DNA of 64,000 nucleotides from Dehalococcoidia bacterium (GCA_965204905.1 OZ242042.1:2392483-2456482), one strand, 5' to 3'. Numbered from the stretch's first letter, positions 1-10,037 are shown. Made by a program: numbers and translations. The notes: generated from the sequence alone by a model not told the origin.

Positions 1-1
1 T

Positions 2-973
2 GGCAGTGGCAACGCGATCATTGAGCTTGAGAACATCCGCAAGTATTTCCCCATCACACGCGGAGTTCTGCTGCGCCGGCTGGTGGGCGAAGTCAAAGCG
101 GTTGACGGCGTTTCTTTCCAAATCAAGGAGGGAGAAACGTACAGCCTGGTGGGCGAATCGGGATGCGGTAAAACTACCACCGCCCGCATGGTGCTACAGG
201 TGGAAACACCGACCGAGGGCATCATGCGCTTCAACGGCACTGATGCCAGCCGATTCACCGGACCAGAGCGCCGGGAATACCGCGCTTCGGTGCAGGCGGT
301 GTTCCAGGACCCGTGGAGTTCCTTGAACCCACGGATGCGGGTCGGGTCCATCATCATGGAACCGCTGTTGACTAACCAGCCCATGGGGAAGCACGAAGCG
401 CAGGAGCAGCTGGAAACGCTGCTGAGAGACGTGGGCCTGCGGCAAGCCCAGGGCGAGTATTACCCGCACGAGTTCAGCGGCGGGCAACGGCAGCGCATCG
501 CCATCGCCCGCGCCCTCTCGCTGCGCCCCAAGCTGATCGTGCTGGACGAGCCGGTATCCGCGCTGGACGTGTCCATTCGCGCCCAGATAATGAACCTGCT
601 GCGGCAGTTGCAAGACCAGTACGGCGTCAGTTACCTGTTGATCGCGCATAACCTGGCCACCGTGAGGTACATGAGCCATCAAGTGGGGGTGATGTACCTG
701 GGCCGGATGGTGGAGCAAGCTCCGGTGCGAGAGCTGTTCGCCAACCCCAGCCACCCTTACACCAAGGCGCTGATCGCTGCCTCGCTGCCGTCCCACCCGG
801 ACATTGAGCGGGAAGAGATGGTGATTTCCGGCGAAGTGCCGTCGCCATTGAATCCGCCGTCAGGGTGCCACTTCCACCCGCGTTGTCCCGTGGTGATGGA
901 GCGCTGCTCAGTAGATGATCCTGAAATAAGGCAACTGTCGCCGGTACACCAAGTGGCCTGCCACCTGTTCTAA
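2..973 (+). CDS. oligopeptide/dipeptide-type ABC transporter ATP-binding protein (OppF/DppF-like), 5' end outside window
   Basis: The frame is open from nt 2; GSGNAIIELENIRKYF precedes the listed Met. Walker A GESGCGKTT, ABC signature FSGGQRQRIAIARAL, Walker B LIVLDEPVSALD, and an Opp-type C-terminal tail PPSGCHFHPRCP. Confidence 0.85.
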   Translation, partial: GSGNAIIELENIRKYFPITRGVLLRRLVGEVKAVDGVSFQIKEGETYSLVGESGCGKTTTARMVLQVETPTEGIMRFNGTDASRFTGPERREYRASVQAVFQDPWSSLNPRMRVGSIIMEPLLTNQPMGKHEAQEQLETLLRDVGLRQAQGEYYPHEFSGGQRQRIAIARALSLRPKLIVLDEPVSALDVSIRAQIMNLLRQLQDQYGVSYLLIAHNLATVRYMSHQVGVMYLGRMVEQAPVRELFANPSHPYTKALIAASLPSHPDIEREEMVISGEVPSPLNPPSGCHFHPRCPVVMERCSVDDPEIRQLSPVHQVACHLF

Positions 974-979
974 CGCAGG

Positions 980-3004
980 ATGTCCGCAGACCCGGTCTGC
1001 GCGCGCTGCGGGGCTGTACGCCATACGCTGGCGGGCGTATGTCCCAGTTGCGGATACGATGGCGTCGTTGCTTTAGCTGGTAGCGAACCTTCTCGATTTT
1101 ACCGTCCAGCGGATGCGCCTAGCCGGTGTCCACATTGCGGGGCCGATTACGATTGGGGAACCCCGACCTGCGGTGATTGCGGGAACCGGGTGTTTCGAGC
1201 GTGCCTCAGTTGCGGGGCGGCCAATCCCGTGGGGAACCGCCATTGCATTTACTGCGGGGCACGGAGTGAGGGCGGGACTTCCTGGCATCGGAACGTCGGC
1301 AGGCGGTTTGCGCTGACGGCTTTCGCCACATCGCCAACAATAGCCAGTACGAAGGCTGCCCTGCTGAGCTCCAGGCGAGAGCTGGACGTGTTCGACGGAG
1401 AGCCGTGGCTTCCCTCATCACACAAGGCGCGGCTGGCCGTCGAGATAGCCCTGTTATCTATCCTAACGCTGGCGGGATTGCTGGTACGGGTTTGGGACAT
1501 TGGGACGGCGCCGGGGGCTCCGGCCGGCGACGAGAGCGCAGTCGCGCTGGAGACCATCCGCATCCTGAACGGCGAATGGATTGGCATATGGAGCGGCGCC
1601 GCGCTGGGAAATCCTAGCGGCCACATGTATTGGATTGCTCCTTTCTTCTGGCTGGGCGGGCCGACTCTGACGGCGCTGCGGCTAGCGTCGGCGCTGCCGG
1701 GAGTAGTCCTAATCCCCGTTTGCTACCTGATGGTCAGGATGCTGTTTCCCTTCAAAGTGGCGCTGGTGGCGGTCGGGCTGCTGACCTTCTTTTCCTGGTT
1801 TGTCATCGTTTACCGAATTGGTATCCCGGTTACGTTGTCAATATCCGTTGCCGCCCTGAGCTTATGTCTGGTGATTTATGCAGCGCGTTCCTCTCGGCCA
1901 TGGGTGGCAATAGTTGCCGGGCTGGTCCTGGGAGCAGGGCTTTACGTGTTCAAAGGGTACGTTATCTACTTCTTGGCTATCTGGGCGGCGACTTTGTTTG
2001 TCGCCTTGGTTCACGGCGGGCTGCGCCGGCAATGGACAGTGTATCTGTTCCTGGGCGGTTCACTGGTAGCCGGCGCTGTAATGATTGAGTTCTACCTTAC
2101 TACCGACTACCTGACCAGTAACCTACAGAGCCAGTACCAAGTCAGCAGCACGGATTTGCTGTCGCTGTCCCGTCATCTGGGCAGGATGCTTGATGTGCTG
2201 ATGTATGTACACATCCCTCCTGAAGGGAGCGGATTCGGATTCGATGGCATCATTCCAGAGCCTTTGCTGCATCCTGTCGTCGCCATATTCTTCTGGATTG
2301 GGCTGCTCATCACGCTGCTGTTCATCAATCGGGCATCCTTCCAGCTCTTGCTATTGGGATGGTTGATCGGAATGGCCCCAGCCATCCTGGTGCCAGGGGG
2401 CGAAACCCGGCGTTATCTTTTTGGCGTGTTTTTTGTGCTGGTCATTACAGCAATCGGTTACACCAGCATCCTCAATCTGGTCATCAATCGATGGTTGAAT
2501 CGCCGGGACAGATCGTCGTTCAAATTCCTCGGCGTGAAGAGACAGTGGCTCGGGTATTTTCTGGCTGCGATTGCCACGCTGGTTCTCACAAGCTCATTTG
2601 CCGTTCAGCAACTATCCGCGTTTAACGAATGGACCCGCGGCCAGGAAACGGAGTTTCAGTTCGCCCCTGAGATTGCGGCGGCGGCGCAGTATATGGGCAC
2701 GCTGGACGAAGGCTGGGCGGTGCGCTTCTACTCGGTGCGGTGGTCGGTTGACTACGAGACGGTGCAGTGGTTCGCGCCTTCAATTCAGGGTATTGACGGG
2801 AGCGAAGAATTCGGCGGCGACGGGACTATTTTTTCGGGCGGCGCGGTTGAGCAACCCACCGTATTCATGCTGTTGGGCGGATACCTACACCTGATCGACG
2901 ACTTGAAAGCTATGTATCCCGATGGTCAAGAGCATCTGGAAACCGATGCAAACGGCCAGCCGCTTTTCATCGCCTACACGATTGACACACCGCCGCCTAC
3001 TTGA
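980..3004 (+). CDS. zinc-ribbon-fused polytopic membrane protein, GT-C (family 39/83, ArnT/PMT-like) glycosyltransferase candidate
   Basis: The N-terminal ~95 aa carry six CxxC pairs (CARCG/CPSCG, CPHCG/CGDCG, CLSCG/CIYCG), i.e. tandem zinc ribbons. A long multi-span hydrophobic domain and a soluble C-terminal domain follow. The family call rests on architecture only. Confidence 0.5.
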   Translation: MSADPVCARCGAVRHTLAGVCPSCGYDGVVALAGSEPSRFYRPADAPSRCPHCGADYDWGTPTCGDCGNRVFRACLSCGAANPVGNRHCIYCGARSEGGTSWHRNVGRRFALTAFATSPTIASTKAALLSSRRELDVFDGEPWLPSSHKARLAVEIALLSILTLAGLLVRVWDIGTAPGAPAGDESAVALETIRILNGEWIGIWSGAALGNPSGHMYWIAPFFWLGGPTLTALRLASALPGVVLIPVCYLMVRMLFPFKVALVAVGLLTFFSWFVIVYRIGIPVTLSISVAALSLCLVIYAARSSRPWVAIVAGLVLGAGLYVFKGYVIYFLAIWAATLFVALVHGGLRRQWTVYLFLGGSLVAGAVMIEFYLTTDYLTSNLQSQYQVSSTDLLSLSRHLGRMLDVLMYVHIPPEGSGFGFDGIIPEPLLHPVVAIFFWIGLLITLLFINRASFQLLLLGWLIGMAPAILVPGGETRRYLFGVFFVLVITAIGYTSILNLVINRWLNRRDRSSFKFLGVKRQWLGYFLAAIATLVLTSSFAVQQLSAFNEWTRGQETEFQFAPEIAAAAQYMGTLDEGWAVRFYSVRWSVDYETVQWFAPSIQGIDGSEEFGGDGTIFSGGAVEQPTVFMLLGGYLHLIDDLKAMYPDGQEHLETDANGQPLFIAYTIDTPPPT

Positions 3005-3038
3005 ACCGCCAAAGCACCGAACCGGGACTACACAGGAA

Positions 3039-3770
3039 TCAGGTGCGGAAGGTTACGCGGCGGAAAGCTTCGGCTAACGCGAGTCCGGTAACATCGTCAT
3101 CGTCCGACGAGTTTCCCGCAGCCGCCGCTTCCTGGGCGCGGGCACGAATAAAGGCCCGCATTTCATCATCCGTCCGCTGGCCGGTCTGGGTGCGGTGAGC
3201 CAGCACCGCCCTGAGCTTGGTGTCGAAATTGTCGGCGATATCGAAGAAGGCGTTGGGATTTTCCGAACCCCAGAACATGATGGCGGCGGTCTTGTGCGGC
3301 TCGATCCCTTCGTTGGCGAAAAGATCGCCGAAATGGAGATGGTCGCGAGCGTAGGGGAACACCGCATCAAGAGCTACCTGCCCCGCGATGCGGTGGTCTC
3401 GATGCCACTGCATATTTCGGCGGTAGGGTTCGGTGGCAAGCACTACATCGGGTTTGAACAGTCTAATCTGGCGCACCAAATCCTTGCGAAAGTCGGCGGT
3501 GTCTTCCAGCTCTCCGTCGGGACGACCCAGCATGACCACATTGGAGACGCCCAGTATTTCAGCCGCTTCCAACTGTTCGCGGGCGCGTGTCTTCACCAAC
3601 TCGGACGGATGTATCTCCGGGTCCTGAGTGCCTTTGCTGCCATCGGTGCAGAGGACGCAATGAACTTCAGCGCCGGCGCTAACCCATTTGGATATCACCC
3701 CACCGGCCCATACCTCCGCGTCGTCGGGGTGGGGCGTTATAACCAAGGCCCGTTCCGGGGTGAATTCCAT
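3039..3770 (-). CDS. PIG-L/LmbE family N-acetylglucosaminyl deacetylase (MshB/BshB-like)
   Basis: Hallmark ALVITPHPDDAEVWAGG near the N-terminus and a downstream HRDHR. The length is typical for the family. Confidence 0.8.
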   Translation of the reverse strand: MEFTPERALVITPHPDDAEVWAGGVISKWVSAGAEVHCVLCTDGSKGTQDPEIHPSELVKTRAREQLEAAEILGVSNVVMLGRPDGELEDTADFRKDLVRQIRLFKPDVVLATEPYRRNMQWHRDHRIAGQVALDAVFPYARDHLHFGDLFANEGIEPHKTAAIMFWGSENPNAFFDIADNFDTKLRAVLAHRTQTGQRTDDEMRAFIRARAQEAAAAGNSSDDDDVTGLALAEAFRRVTFRT

Positions 3771-3785
3771 AAGGGGTGTCCTCCT

Positions 3786-4637
3786 CTAGTCCTGGGGTTC
3801 AGTTGTTGCCGCTGGCGCGGACTCGGTTCGGGCCTGCATTACGGGCGCAGATGTGACGCCTCCAGGAGGGACACCGTGAGCCCATCCTGATTCGCGGCCG
3901 GGCCACGAGGCAGTCTCGCTGATGGTCCGTTTAGAGAAAATATCGCCCGCCAGAATGCCACCGGAGATAATCATTCGCATGGCCTCTTCGACCGAGATGT
4001 CCGTGGGGGTAACCTGGCTCTCCTGCACGACCACCAAGTAGCCAGATGAGGGAACCGGGGTGGTGGGAACGTACACTGAAAGGTATTCATCCGCTCCGTT
4101 CAGCTTGCCCAGTTCCGAAGTGATCAATCCCATGGACAACACTCCTTCCCTGGGAAATTCCAACAGGACAACGCCTCGATAGTGGTGGGCCTGGGTTTCG
4201 GACAGGAAGTCAATGCCATGGCGAGTGGTGCTGTACACGGGTCCAATTACGGGCACCCGTCCGATGACATCGTGGACGCGATCTATCATCAATCGGGTCA
4301 CCGCCCAACCGATCAACAAGCCGGTTCCATAGAGGATGAAGAGGATGATGATAATTTCGCCGATGTCAGCGATGTCAACGCCCGGACCATGGGGGATGCC
4401 AAATTGCCGGATGAAGGGGTCCAGCAGTGAGTCAACGATGCCATAGAAAAAATCGACGACGAAATAGGTTACGAAAATTGGGAGGAAAACGAGGACGCCG
4501 GCGATCAAGCGACGTTGAACATGGCCGATGGTCCTAGTCAGCCCACGGCGTGGAGGGCGACCGTCTCTGAGGATGCGGTCGTGGAGGTTCGGAGCGGGTT
4601 CGCCCTGAGGTTCACGGCGTCGGAATCTGCCCCGCAT
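3786..4637 (-). CDS. DUF502 family membrane protein
   Basis: The listed ORF is 391 aa, but its first 108 codons overlap the upstream GT gene. The Met at 4637 overlaps that gene's stop (TGATG). Two TM helices are followed by the family signature VYVPTTPVPSSGYLVVV. Confidence 0.7.
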   Translation of the reverse strand: MRGRFRRREPQGEPAPNLHDRILRDGRPPRRGLTRTIGHVQRRLIAGVLVFLPIFVTYFVVDFFYGIVDSLLDPFIRQFGIPHGPGVDIADIGEIIIILFILYGTGLLIGWAVTRLMIDRVHDVIGRVPVIGPVYSTTRHGIDFLSETQAHHYRGVVLLEFPREGVLSMGLITSELGKLNGADEYLSVYVPTTPVPSSGYLVVVQESQVTPTDISVEEAMRMIISGGILAGDIFSKRTISETASWPGRESGWAHGVPPGGVTSAPVMQARTESAPAATTEPQD

Positions 4638-5869
4638 CACGCCCCCTTCGGGTCGTAGTAGCGACCGGACAATTCCCGGTAAATGGCGAGGAGTTGTTCG
4701 GCTACCGCATGCCAACTCATGCTCTCGGCGGTTTTCCGAGCCGCGCGCCCCATGCTGTCCTGCAAACTGTGATTGACCAGCAGCATTTCCAGGGAGTTGG
4801 CAAAAGTTTCGGGACACCGCCAGGATTTCAAATAGCCGGTATGCCCGTGACGGACGACAGTGGGCAGGCCCCCGACTCGTGAAGCCACCACCGGAGTTCC
4901 GCAAGCCATGCTTTCCAGAGCGACCAGTCCGAAACTTTCGTAATAGGAGGGCACCACGCAAACATCGGCGGCGGAGTAATACCAGGGAAGCCGGTCCTGG
5001 GGCACCTGGCCGACAAACTCGACGGATTCGGCTACGTTGAGTCCCTCGGCCATGGATTGCAGCCGGGCCAGGTCGCCGCTACCCTCCGCATCGTCGCCCA
5101 CGACAAGAACTTTGACATCGCCGGCGTCCAGGTGCGCGGTAGTGTGGATTAGCAAGTCCAGTCCTTTGAGGGCTTCGATGCGGCCAACGAAGAGCAGGAC
5201 CTTGTGGCCGTTCAGACCAAGCTCGTCTCGGGCCTCGGCACGGCCCAAGGGGCGAAAACGATCCAGATCGACGCCGCACGGGACCAGGCGGATGCGGGCG
5301 GGGTCTCCATCGTACATTTTGACCATCGCGTCCCGTTCGTGCCGGCTGAAGGCGATGACGCAGTCGGACCCGGCGATGATCTCGGCTTCGGAGTGCTGGC
5401 GGACGTCCGGCTCAGATTCACCCGAACGCGACTGCATTTTGATCCGGGACAGCGTGTGGAAGGTGATGATGTGGGGAGCGCCGATAGCAGCGGCCAATTG
5501 CTGGCCGGCCAAGCCACTCAACCAGTAGTGGGAATGGACAGCGGCATATTCCGCCTGATTACGGTCGCGGGACGACAGGATGCCATTCAGAAACGCCGGC
5601 AAGTATTCGACCTGCTGCGACAGAGGAGCGTCCGCCGGGCCGGCAGGGATATGAACCACATTGACGCCGTTGGCGATACCGCAAGCATCTATGCCCTGGC
5701 CTTCGTGGACGCGAGTGAATATGTCAACCTGCGCGCCGAGATCAGACAGGGCGCGGGCGACCTCCCGAACGTGTACGTTCATGCCGCCGGACTTACCCTG
5801 TCCGGGAGCAGCCAAAGGACAAGCGTGATAAGCCAGAAGGGCTATGCGGTTGCTGAAATCGCCGCTCAC
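4637..5869 (-). CDS. GT4 family retaining glycosyltransferase (MshA-like)
   Basis: N-terminal LLAYHACPLAAPGQGKSGGMNVHV matches the MshA-type HxxPL..PG.G..GGMNV motif. C-terminal ESFGLVALESMACGTPVV is the GT-B E-x7-E region. GTG start overlaps the upstream stop (GTGA). Confidence 0.8.
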   Translation of the reverse strand: MSGDFSNRIALLAYHACPLAAPGQGKSGGMNVHVREVARALSDLGAQVDIFTRVHEGQGIDACGIANGVNVVHIPAGPADAPLSQQVEYLPAFLNGILSSRDRNQAEYAAVHSHYWLSGLAGQQLAAAIGAPHIITFHTLSRIKMQSRSGESEPDVRQHSEAEIIAGSDCVIAFSRHERDAMVKMYDGDPARIRLVPCGVDLDRFRPLGRAEARDELGLNGHKVLLFVGRIEALKGLDLLIHTTAHLDAGDVKVLVVGDDAEGSGDLARLQSMAEGLNVAESVEFVGQVPQDRLPWYYSAADVCVVPSYYESFGLVALESMACGTPVVASRVGGLPTVVRHGHTGYLKSWRCPETFANSLEMLLVNHSLQDSMGRAARKTAESMSWHAVAEQLLAIYRELSGRYYDPKGA

Positions 5870-6876
5870 GTGACGGCACCCTCGCTAGTTCGCTCCAGGC
5901 TGATGCGGAACAGATGGTGATCGGTTCCGCCGAGGCGGTATTTGTACGGTTCGTTGCCCCGCAAGAAATCGAAGTAACGGTAGCCTTTTTCCAAAGCGTC
6001 CCGGAGGCACAAAGAATGCAAGAGGAGCCCGACGCTGTAGTAACGGTACTCGGGATCGTGTCCGCTGTTGTACAACATGCGAACCCCGTCATAGTCGAAA
6101 CAAAGGGAAGCCGCTACGGGCAGATCGTCCATTTCCATGAAGAACAGCCTGAGCATACCCTCGGTCGCAGTCGCTTCCACCATACGACGGAAAAAAGCCT
6201 CGCGCTCCGGGGTGAGGAATTCGGCCTTGGCGGGGTCGCTGCGGCGCATCAGGTCCACGAAGGTGTCCATGCACTCGGCCGCCTCTGCGGGGTCGGAAAC
6301 GCAATACCACCGCCAGTCACCCTGGGCATCAAGGCGACGGAGCTTGCGGCGGAGTTCGTGCCGGTCCTTCTTGCTCAAACCAGCGAGGTAGTCATCCCAA
6401 GTGTCGGCCAGCATGATGCGAGGCGCAACGTCCTCTTCGGCGACATCGACGGCATACCCTCTGGCACGGGCCAGGTCCGGCAATATAGCCAGGGTAGGAG
6501 ATTCTTCGCTGATGGAAAACAGGTCCAGCCGCGTGGCGCCGTTGGCTGAGATGGTATCGAGCAATGCGGGGTAGAAGACGTCCTCCTGGCCGGCGGCTAC
6601 GATAAAGTCGTTATAGTCAAAGGTGTCGCTGTTGCCCACCAGCGAGTAGTGATCCTCGGCCCTGGAAAGGGAGGCTATCGCGGTGACTGCTCCCCCGTCG
6701 TCGGTGAGATAGAATCCGGCGAGGGAGCGCCCATCCTGGAAAGCGCTCCACCATAGTTCCTGCCACACCGGGGTGATGTACAGGTTGTTCACGGAGGCGT
6801 GACCCAAAAGCTCCTGCCATTGGGAACGAATCTGATCAAAAGAGGTGAGCGGTGTGGGCGGTTCAAACGAGGGCAT
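5866..6876 (-). CDS. GNAT-superfamily acetyltransferase (CelD/BioF2-like) candidate
   Basis: The size and the C-terminal region (FFMEMDDLPVAASLCFDY..YNSGHDPEY) resemble the Acetyltransf_6/FemAB-like fold. No sharper motif was recognised. It is coupled to the GT4 gene by a 4-nt overlap. Confidence 0.5.
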   Translation of the reverse strand: MPSFEPPTPLTSFDQIRSQWQELLGHASVNNLYITPVWQELWWSAFQDGRSLAGFYLTDDGGAVTAIASLSRAEDHYSLVGNSDTFDYNDFIVAAGQEDVFYPALLDTISANGATRLDLFSISEESPTLAILPDLARARGYAVDVAEEDVAPRIMLADTWDDYLAGLSKKDRHELRRKLRRLDAQGDWRWYCVSDPAEAAECMDTFVDLMRRSDPAKAEFLTPEREAFFRRMVEATATEGMLRLFFMEMDDLPVAASLCFDYDGVRMLYNSGHDPEYRYYSVGLLLHSLCLRDALEKGYRYFDFLRGNEPYKYRLGGTDHHLFRISLERTSEGAVT

Positions 6877-6886
6877 GGATACGTCC

Positions 6887-7465
6887 TCACGATTCCAACA
6901 TGGCGAGCAGGTCGCGGTTGGAGTAGCCGGCCATTTGATCGCCAGACCGCACAGCCGTAGTGACCATGCGATGTCCCGGTTTTTGCACGCCGCGCATGGA
7001 CATGCAGAGATGCTCGGCTTCGAGGCGACAGGCCACGGCCAGGGGCCTGACGCGACACACTACGGCATCCGCCAATTGAGAAGTAAGGCGTTCCTGGACC
7101 TGGAGCCGGCGCGACGCCGTATCCAGCGCGCGGGCGATTTTGCTGATGCCGGCAATGTGGCGGTTCGGAACGTACACGAGGCTGGCCTGGCCGAAGAAGG
7201 GCAGCAGATGGTGCTCGCACATCGAATAGAATTGAAGGCCCCGCACCAGCACGGGATCATGAGACACGTCATCTGAAAAGATAGCGTCAATTTCATCGGC
7301 GGGGTTCTTGCCCACGCCCGAAAACAGCTCGCCGTACATTTCCGCGACCCGTTCGGGGGTGCGCCACAAACCCTCGCGGGCGCTGTCTTCATCAACGTAC
7401 TTGAGCACAGCGCCGATAGCCACCTCAATGGCGGCGGAGTTCATTTTGGGGGAATCGACGGACAT
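6887..7465 (-). CDS. folE: GTP cyclohydrolase I
   Basis: GLWRTPERVAEMY, MCEHHLLPFFG and QVQERLT motifs. The start is trimmed to the ATG at 7465 (MSVDSPK); the longer ORF would overlap thrC. Confidence 0.9.
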   Translation of the reverse strand: MSVDSPKMNSAAIEVAIGAVLKYVDEDSAREGLWRTPERVAEMYGELFSGVGKNPADEIDAIFSDDVSHDPVLVRGLQFYSMCEHHLLPFFGQASLVYVPNRHIAGISKIARALDTASRRLQVQERLTSQLADAVVCRVRPLAVACRLEAEHLCMSMRGVQKPGHRMVTTAVRSGDQMAGYSNRDLLAMLES

Positions 7466-7493
7466 CGCTGCTATGCTCGCTTCGGTAGCTGGA

Positions 7494-8561
7494 TCATGGG
7501 CGTTGATCAAGAGACTCCATGATCGCCGACTCGATGGCTTCCAGGTTGGGTTGAACCTCCACAGTATGGGCCTGGGCACTGCTGACCGCCATGTCCGGGT
7601 CTTTCAGGCCGGTGCCGGTAATGATGCACACAACGCGCTTGCCGCGCAGTTCCAGGCCGGCGCGGGACATTTTGAGCAATCCGGCGACCGAGGCGGCGGA
7701 GGCCGGTTCGCCGAAAATACCCTCTTGAGAGGCCAGCAGGCGATATGCGTCCAGGATTTCGTCGTCCGAAACGGCGTCAATCACTCCGCCGGACTGGTCG
7801 CGGGCCCGTTCGGCGAATTTCCAGCTGGCCGGATTGCCGATGCGTATTGCCGACGCAATGGTCTGAGGGTAGGGCACGGGCTTGCCGAGAACTATGGGGG
7901 CAGCGCCTTCGGCCTGAAAGCCCATCATTTTGGGCAATGAATCGTTGCGGCCAAGCTGGTGGTATTCAACGAACCCGCGCCAGTAGGCGGTGATGTTGCC
8001 GGCGTTGCCAACGGGGATGAACAGATAATCGGGAGCGTCGCCCAGCACGTCGGAAACCTCGAACGACGCGGTCTTTTGACCCTCGATCCGGTGTTGGTTG
8101 ACCGAATTTACCAACGTGATCGGACTCGTTTCGGTGAACTGCCGAACCAAGGCGAGCGCGGCGTCAAAATTGCCATCCACCAAGATGATGCGCGCCCCGT
8201 AGGCCATGGCCTGGGCCAGCTTACCAAGGGCCACCTCGCCTTTCGGAATCAGGACCCAGCAAGTCAGGCCGCAATAGGCCGAATAGGCGGCGGCAGACGC
8301 GCTAGTGTTACCCGTAGAGGCGCACATGACGCCGAGGCAATGTTCTTCCATGGCCTTGGCGATGGCGACAACCATTCCGCGATCCTTGAAAGATCCGGTG
8401 GGATTGCAGCCCTCCAGTTTGAAGTACAGGTCGCACCCCAACTGAGGCCCCAAGTTTCGAGAGCGGACCAGCGGCGTGTCGCCTTCCCCCATGGAGAAGA
8501 TGGGGGTTTCCTCGCTGACCGGCAGCAGTTCACGGTATTGTTGTAATACGCCAACGCCCAT
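7494..8561 (-). CDS. thrC: threonine synthase
   Basis: PLP-lysine region NPTGSFKDRG, SMGEGDTPLV, and full-length similarity to ThrC. ATG at 8561; a TTG 5 codons upstream is also possible. Confidence 0.9.
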   Translation of the reverse strand: MGVGVLQQYRELLPVSEETPIFSMGEGDTPLVRSRNLGPQLGCDLYFKLEGCNPTGSFKDRGMVVAIAKAMEEHCLGVMCASTGNTSASAAAYSAYCGLTCWVLIPKGEVALGKLAQAMAYGARIILVDGNFDAALALVRQFTETSPITLVNSVNQHRIEGQKTASFEVSDVLGDAPDYLFIPVGNAGNITAYWRGFVEYHQLGRNDSLPKMMGFQAEGAAPIVLGKPVPYPQTIASAIRIGNPASWKFAERARDQSGGVIDAVSDDEILDAYRLLASQEGIFGEPASAASVAGLLKMSRAGLELRGKRVVCIITGTGLKDPDMAVSSAQAHTVEVQPNLEAIESAIMESLDQRP

Positions 8562-8599
8562 GAGATTTCCGACCAAAGCTTGCTTTCCAGCGGTCCGGT

Positions 8600-9925
8600 T
8601 TACTCCTCAATCCTAATCAGATTGTTGACGCTGACGACTACACCCAATTCAGAAACGGCGCGGAGAGCGGATTGCACGTCGGCCTCTCGGGAGGGGTACG
8701 TGGTAATTACCAATTGGGCGGTGCCGCTGCCCGGGTCGGTATCCTTCTGAATGACGGTTGCGATGGAGATATTGCCGTCCCCCAGGATTTGGGCGATTTG
8801 CGCCAAGACGCCGGCCTGGTCAGCACAGGTCAGGCGCATGTAGTAGGCGCTGGACAACTCATCGATGGGATGCGCCAGGGCATCGGCTCCGCCATTCCGT
8901 TCCACGCCGGGGGTATCGGGGAGTGGCGGAGGGCCGTCCGAGTTGGCCAGCGCGCGGACAATGCCAAGCACGTCGCCCATCACAGCGCTGGTGGTAGCGT
9001 CGCGGCCGGCGCCCTGCCCGTGCAGGATAATCTGGCCGCACAGATCCCCAGTCACTTCAACGGCATTATACACGCCGTCAACTTTGGCCAACAGGTGATC
9101 ATCGGGAACCAGCGCGGGGTGGACGCGGGCGCGCACGGCGCCGTCGGGTTCCGCCACGGCGATGGCCAGGGATTTGATAGCATAGCCCAGCTCGGCGGCG
9201 TAGCGGAAATCTTCGGGCGCGAGACGGCTGATGCCTTCGGTATAGACCAGGTCGTGCGGGATCGGCCGGTGGAAGGCGAGGCTGCCCAGCACGGAAAGCT
9301 TGTAGGCGGCGTCGATACCTTCAATATCGTTAGTGGGATCGGCTTCCGCATAGCCATGGGCCTGGGCTTCGGCGAGAGCGTCGGCGAAGGGCGTTTGCTC
9401 ACGCGCCATGCGGGTGAGGATGTAGTTGGTGGTGCCGTTGATGATGGAACGAATGGAACTGATGTCGTTGGCGAGCAGTTGGGACATCAAACAGCCGACG
9501 ATGGGTATGCCACCGCCGGCAGAGGCCTCAAAAAGCAGATTGACGCGCCGGTCCTGCGCCAATGCCAATAAAGAGGGGCCGCGACGAGACATCACCTCCT
9601 TGTTGGCGGTGACGACGTGTTTTCCCGCCGCGATGGCTCGCTCCAGGTATTCCCCGGCAGGCGAGTCGCCACCCATCACTTCCACCACGATGTCCAGGTC
9701 GGAGTCGGACAGGATGTCTTCCGGGTTGGTGGTCAATAATTCTGCCGGGAAAGACGGGTCGCGCGTGCGGGAGATGTCCCGAACCAGCGCGCGCTTGAGC
9801 CGTACCGACTGCCCGGTTTTCCGCTTGATGGCTTCGACGTTGTCCAGTAGGGAGGCAGCGACGCCGCCACCCACGGTGCCCAAACCCATCAGGCCGATGT
9901 TGATTGTAGAGTTACCGCGGGTCAT
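8600..9925 (-). CDS. hom: homoserine dehydrogenase
   Basis: N-terminal Rossmann motif IGLMGLGTVGGGV, a catalytic-domain pattern (FEASAGGGIPI..INGTTNYIL), and a C-terminal ACT-like domain. It sits upstream of thrC. Confidence 0.9.
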   Translation of the reverse strand: MTRGNSTINIGLMGLGTVGGGVAASLLDNVEAIKRKTGQSVRLKRALVRDISRTRDPSFPAELLTTNPEDILSDSDLDIVVEVMGGDSPAGEYLERAIAAGKHVVTANKEVMSRRGPSLLALAQDRRVNLLFEASAGGGIPIVGCLMSQLLANDISSIRSIINGTTNYILTRMAREQTPFADALAEAQAHGYAEADPTNDIEGIDAAYKLSVLGSLAFHRPIPHDLVYTEGISRLAPEDFRYAAELGYAIKSLAIAVAEPDGAVRARVHPALVPDDHLLAKVDGVYNAVEVTGDLCGQIILHGQGAGRDATTSAVMGDVLGIVRALANSDGPPPLPDTPGVERNGGADALAHPIDELSSAYYMRLTCADQAGVLAQIAQILGDGNISIATVIQKDTDPGSGTAQLVITTYPSREADVQSALRAVSELGVVVSVNNLIRIEE

Positions 9926-10037
9926 GTTTGCAGTTGGCGCTGGCGTATAAACTCAGACATTTCCGTGGCCATATTTGCCATTGTATCAGCGATTACCGGG
10001 CCAGCTCGAAAAATATGCATCGGTGTCACGAGTCAGG

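Noticed and set aside
3786-4961. 391-aa ORF as listed for the DUF502 gene
   Set aside because: The first 108 codons lie entirely inside the upstream GT4 coding region in another frame and are Arg/Gly-rich nonsense-like sequence. An ATG at 4637 overlapping the GT4 stop gives a normal DUF502 protein.
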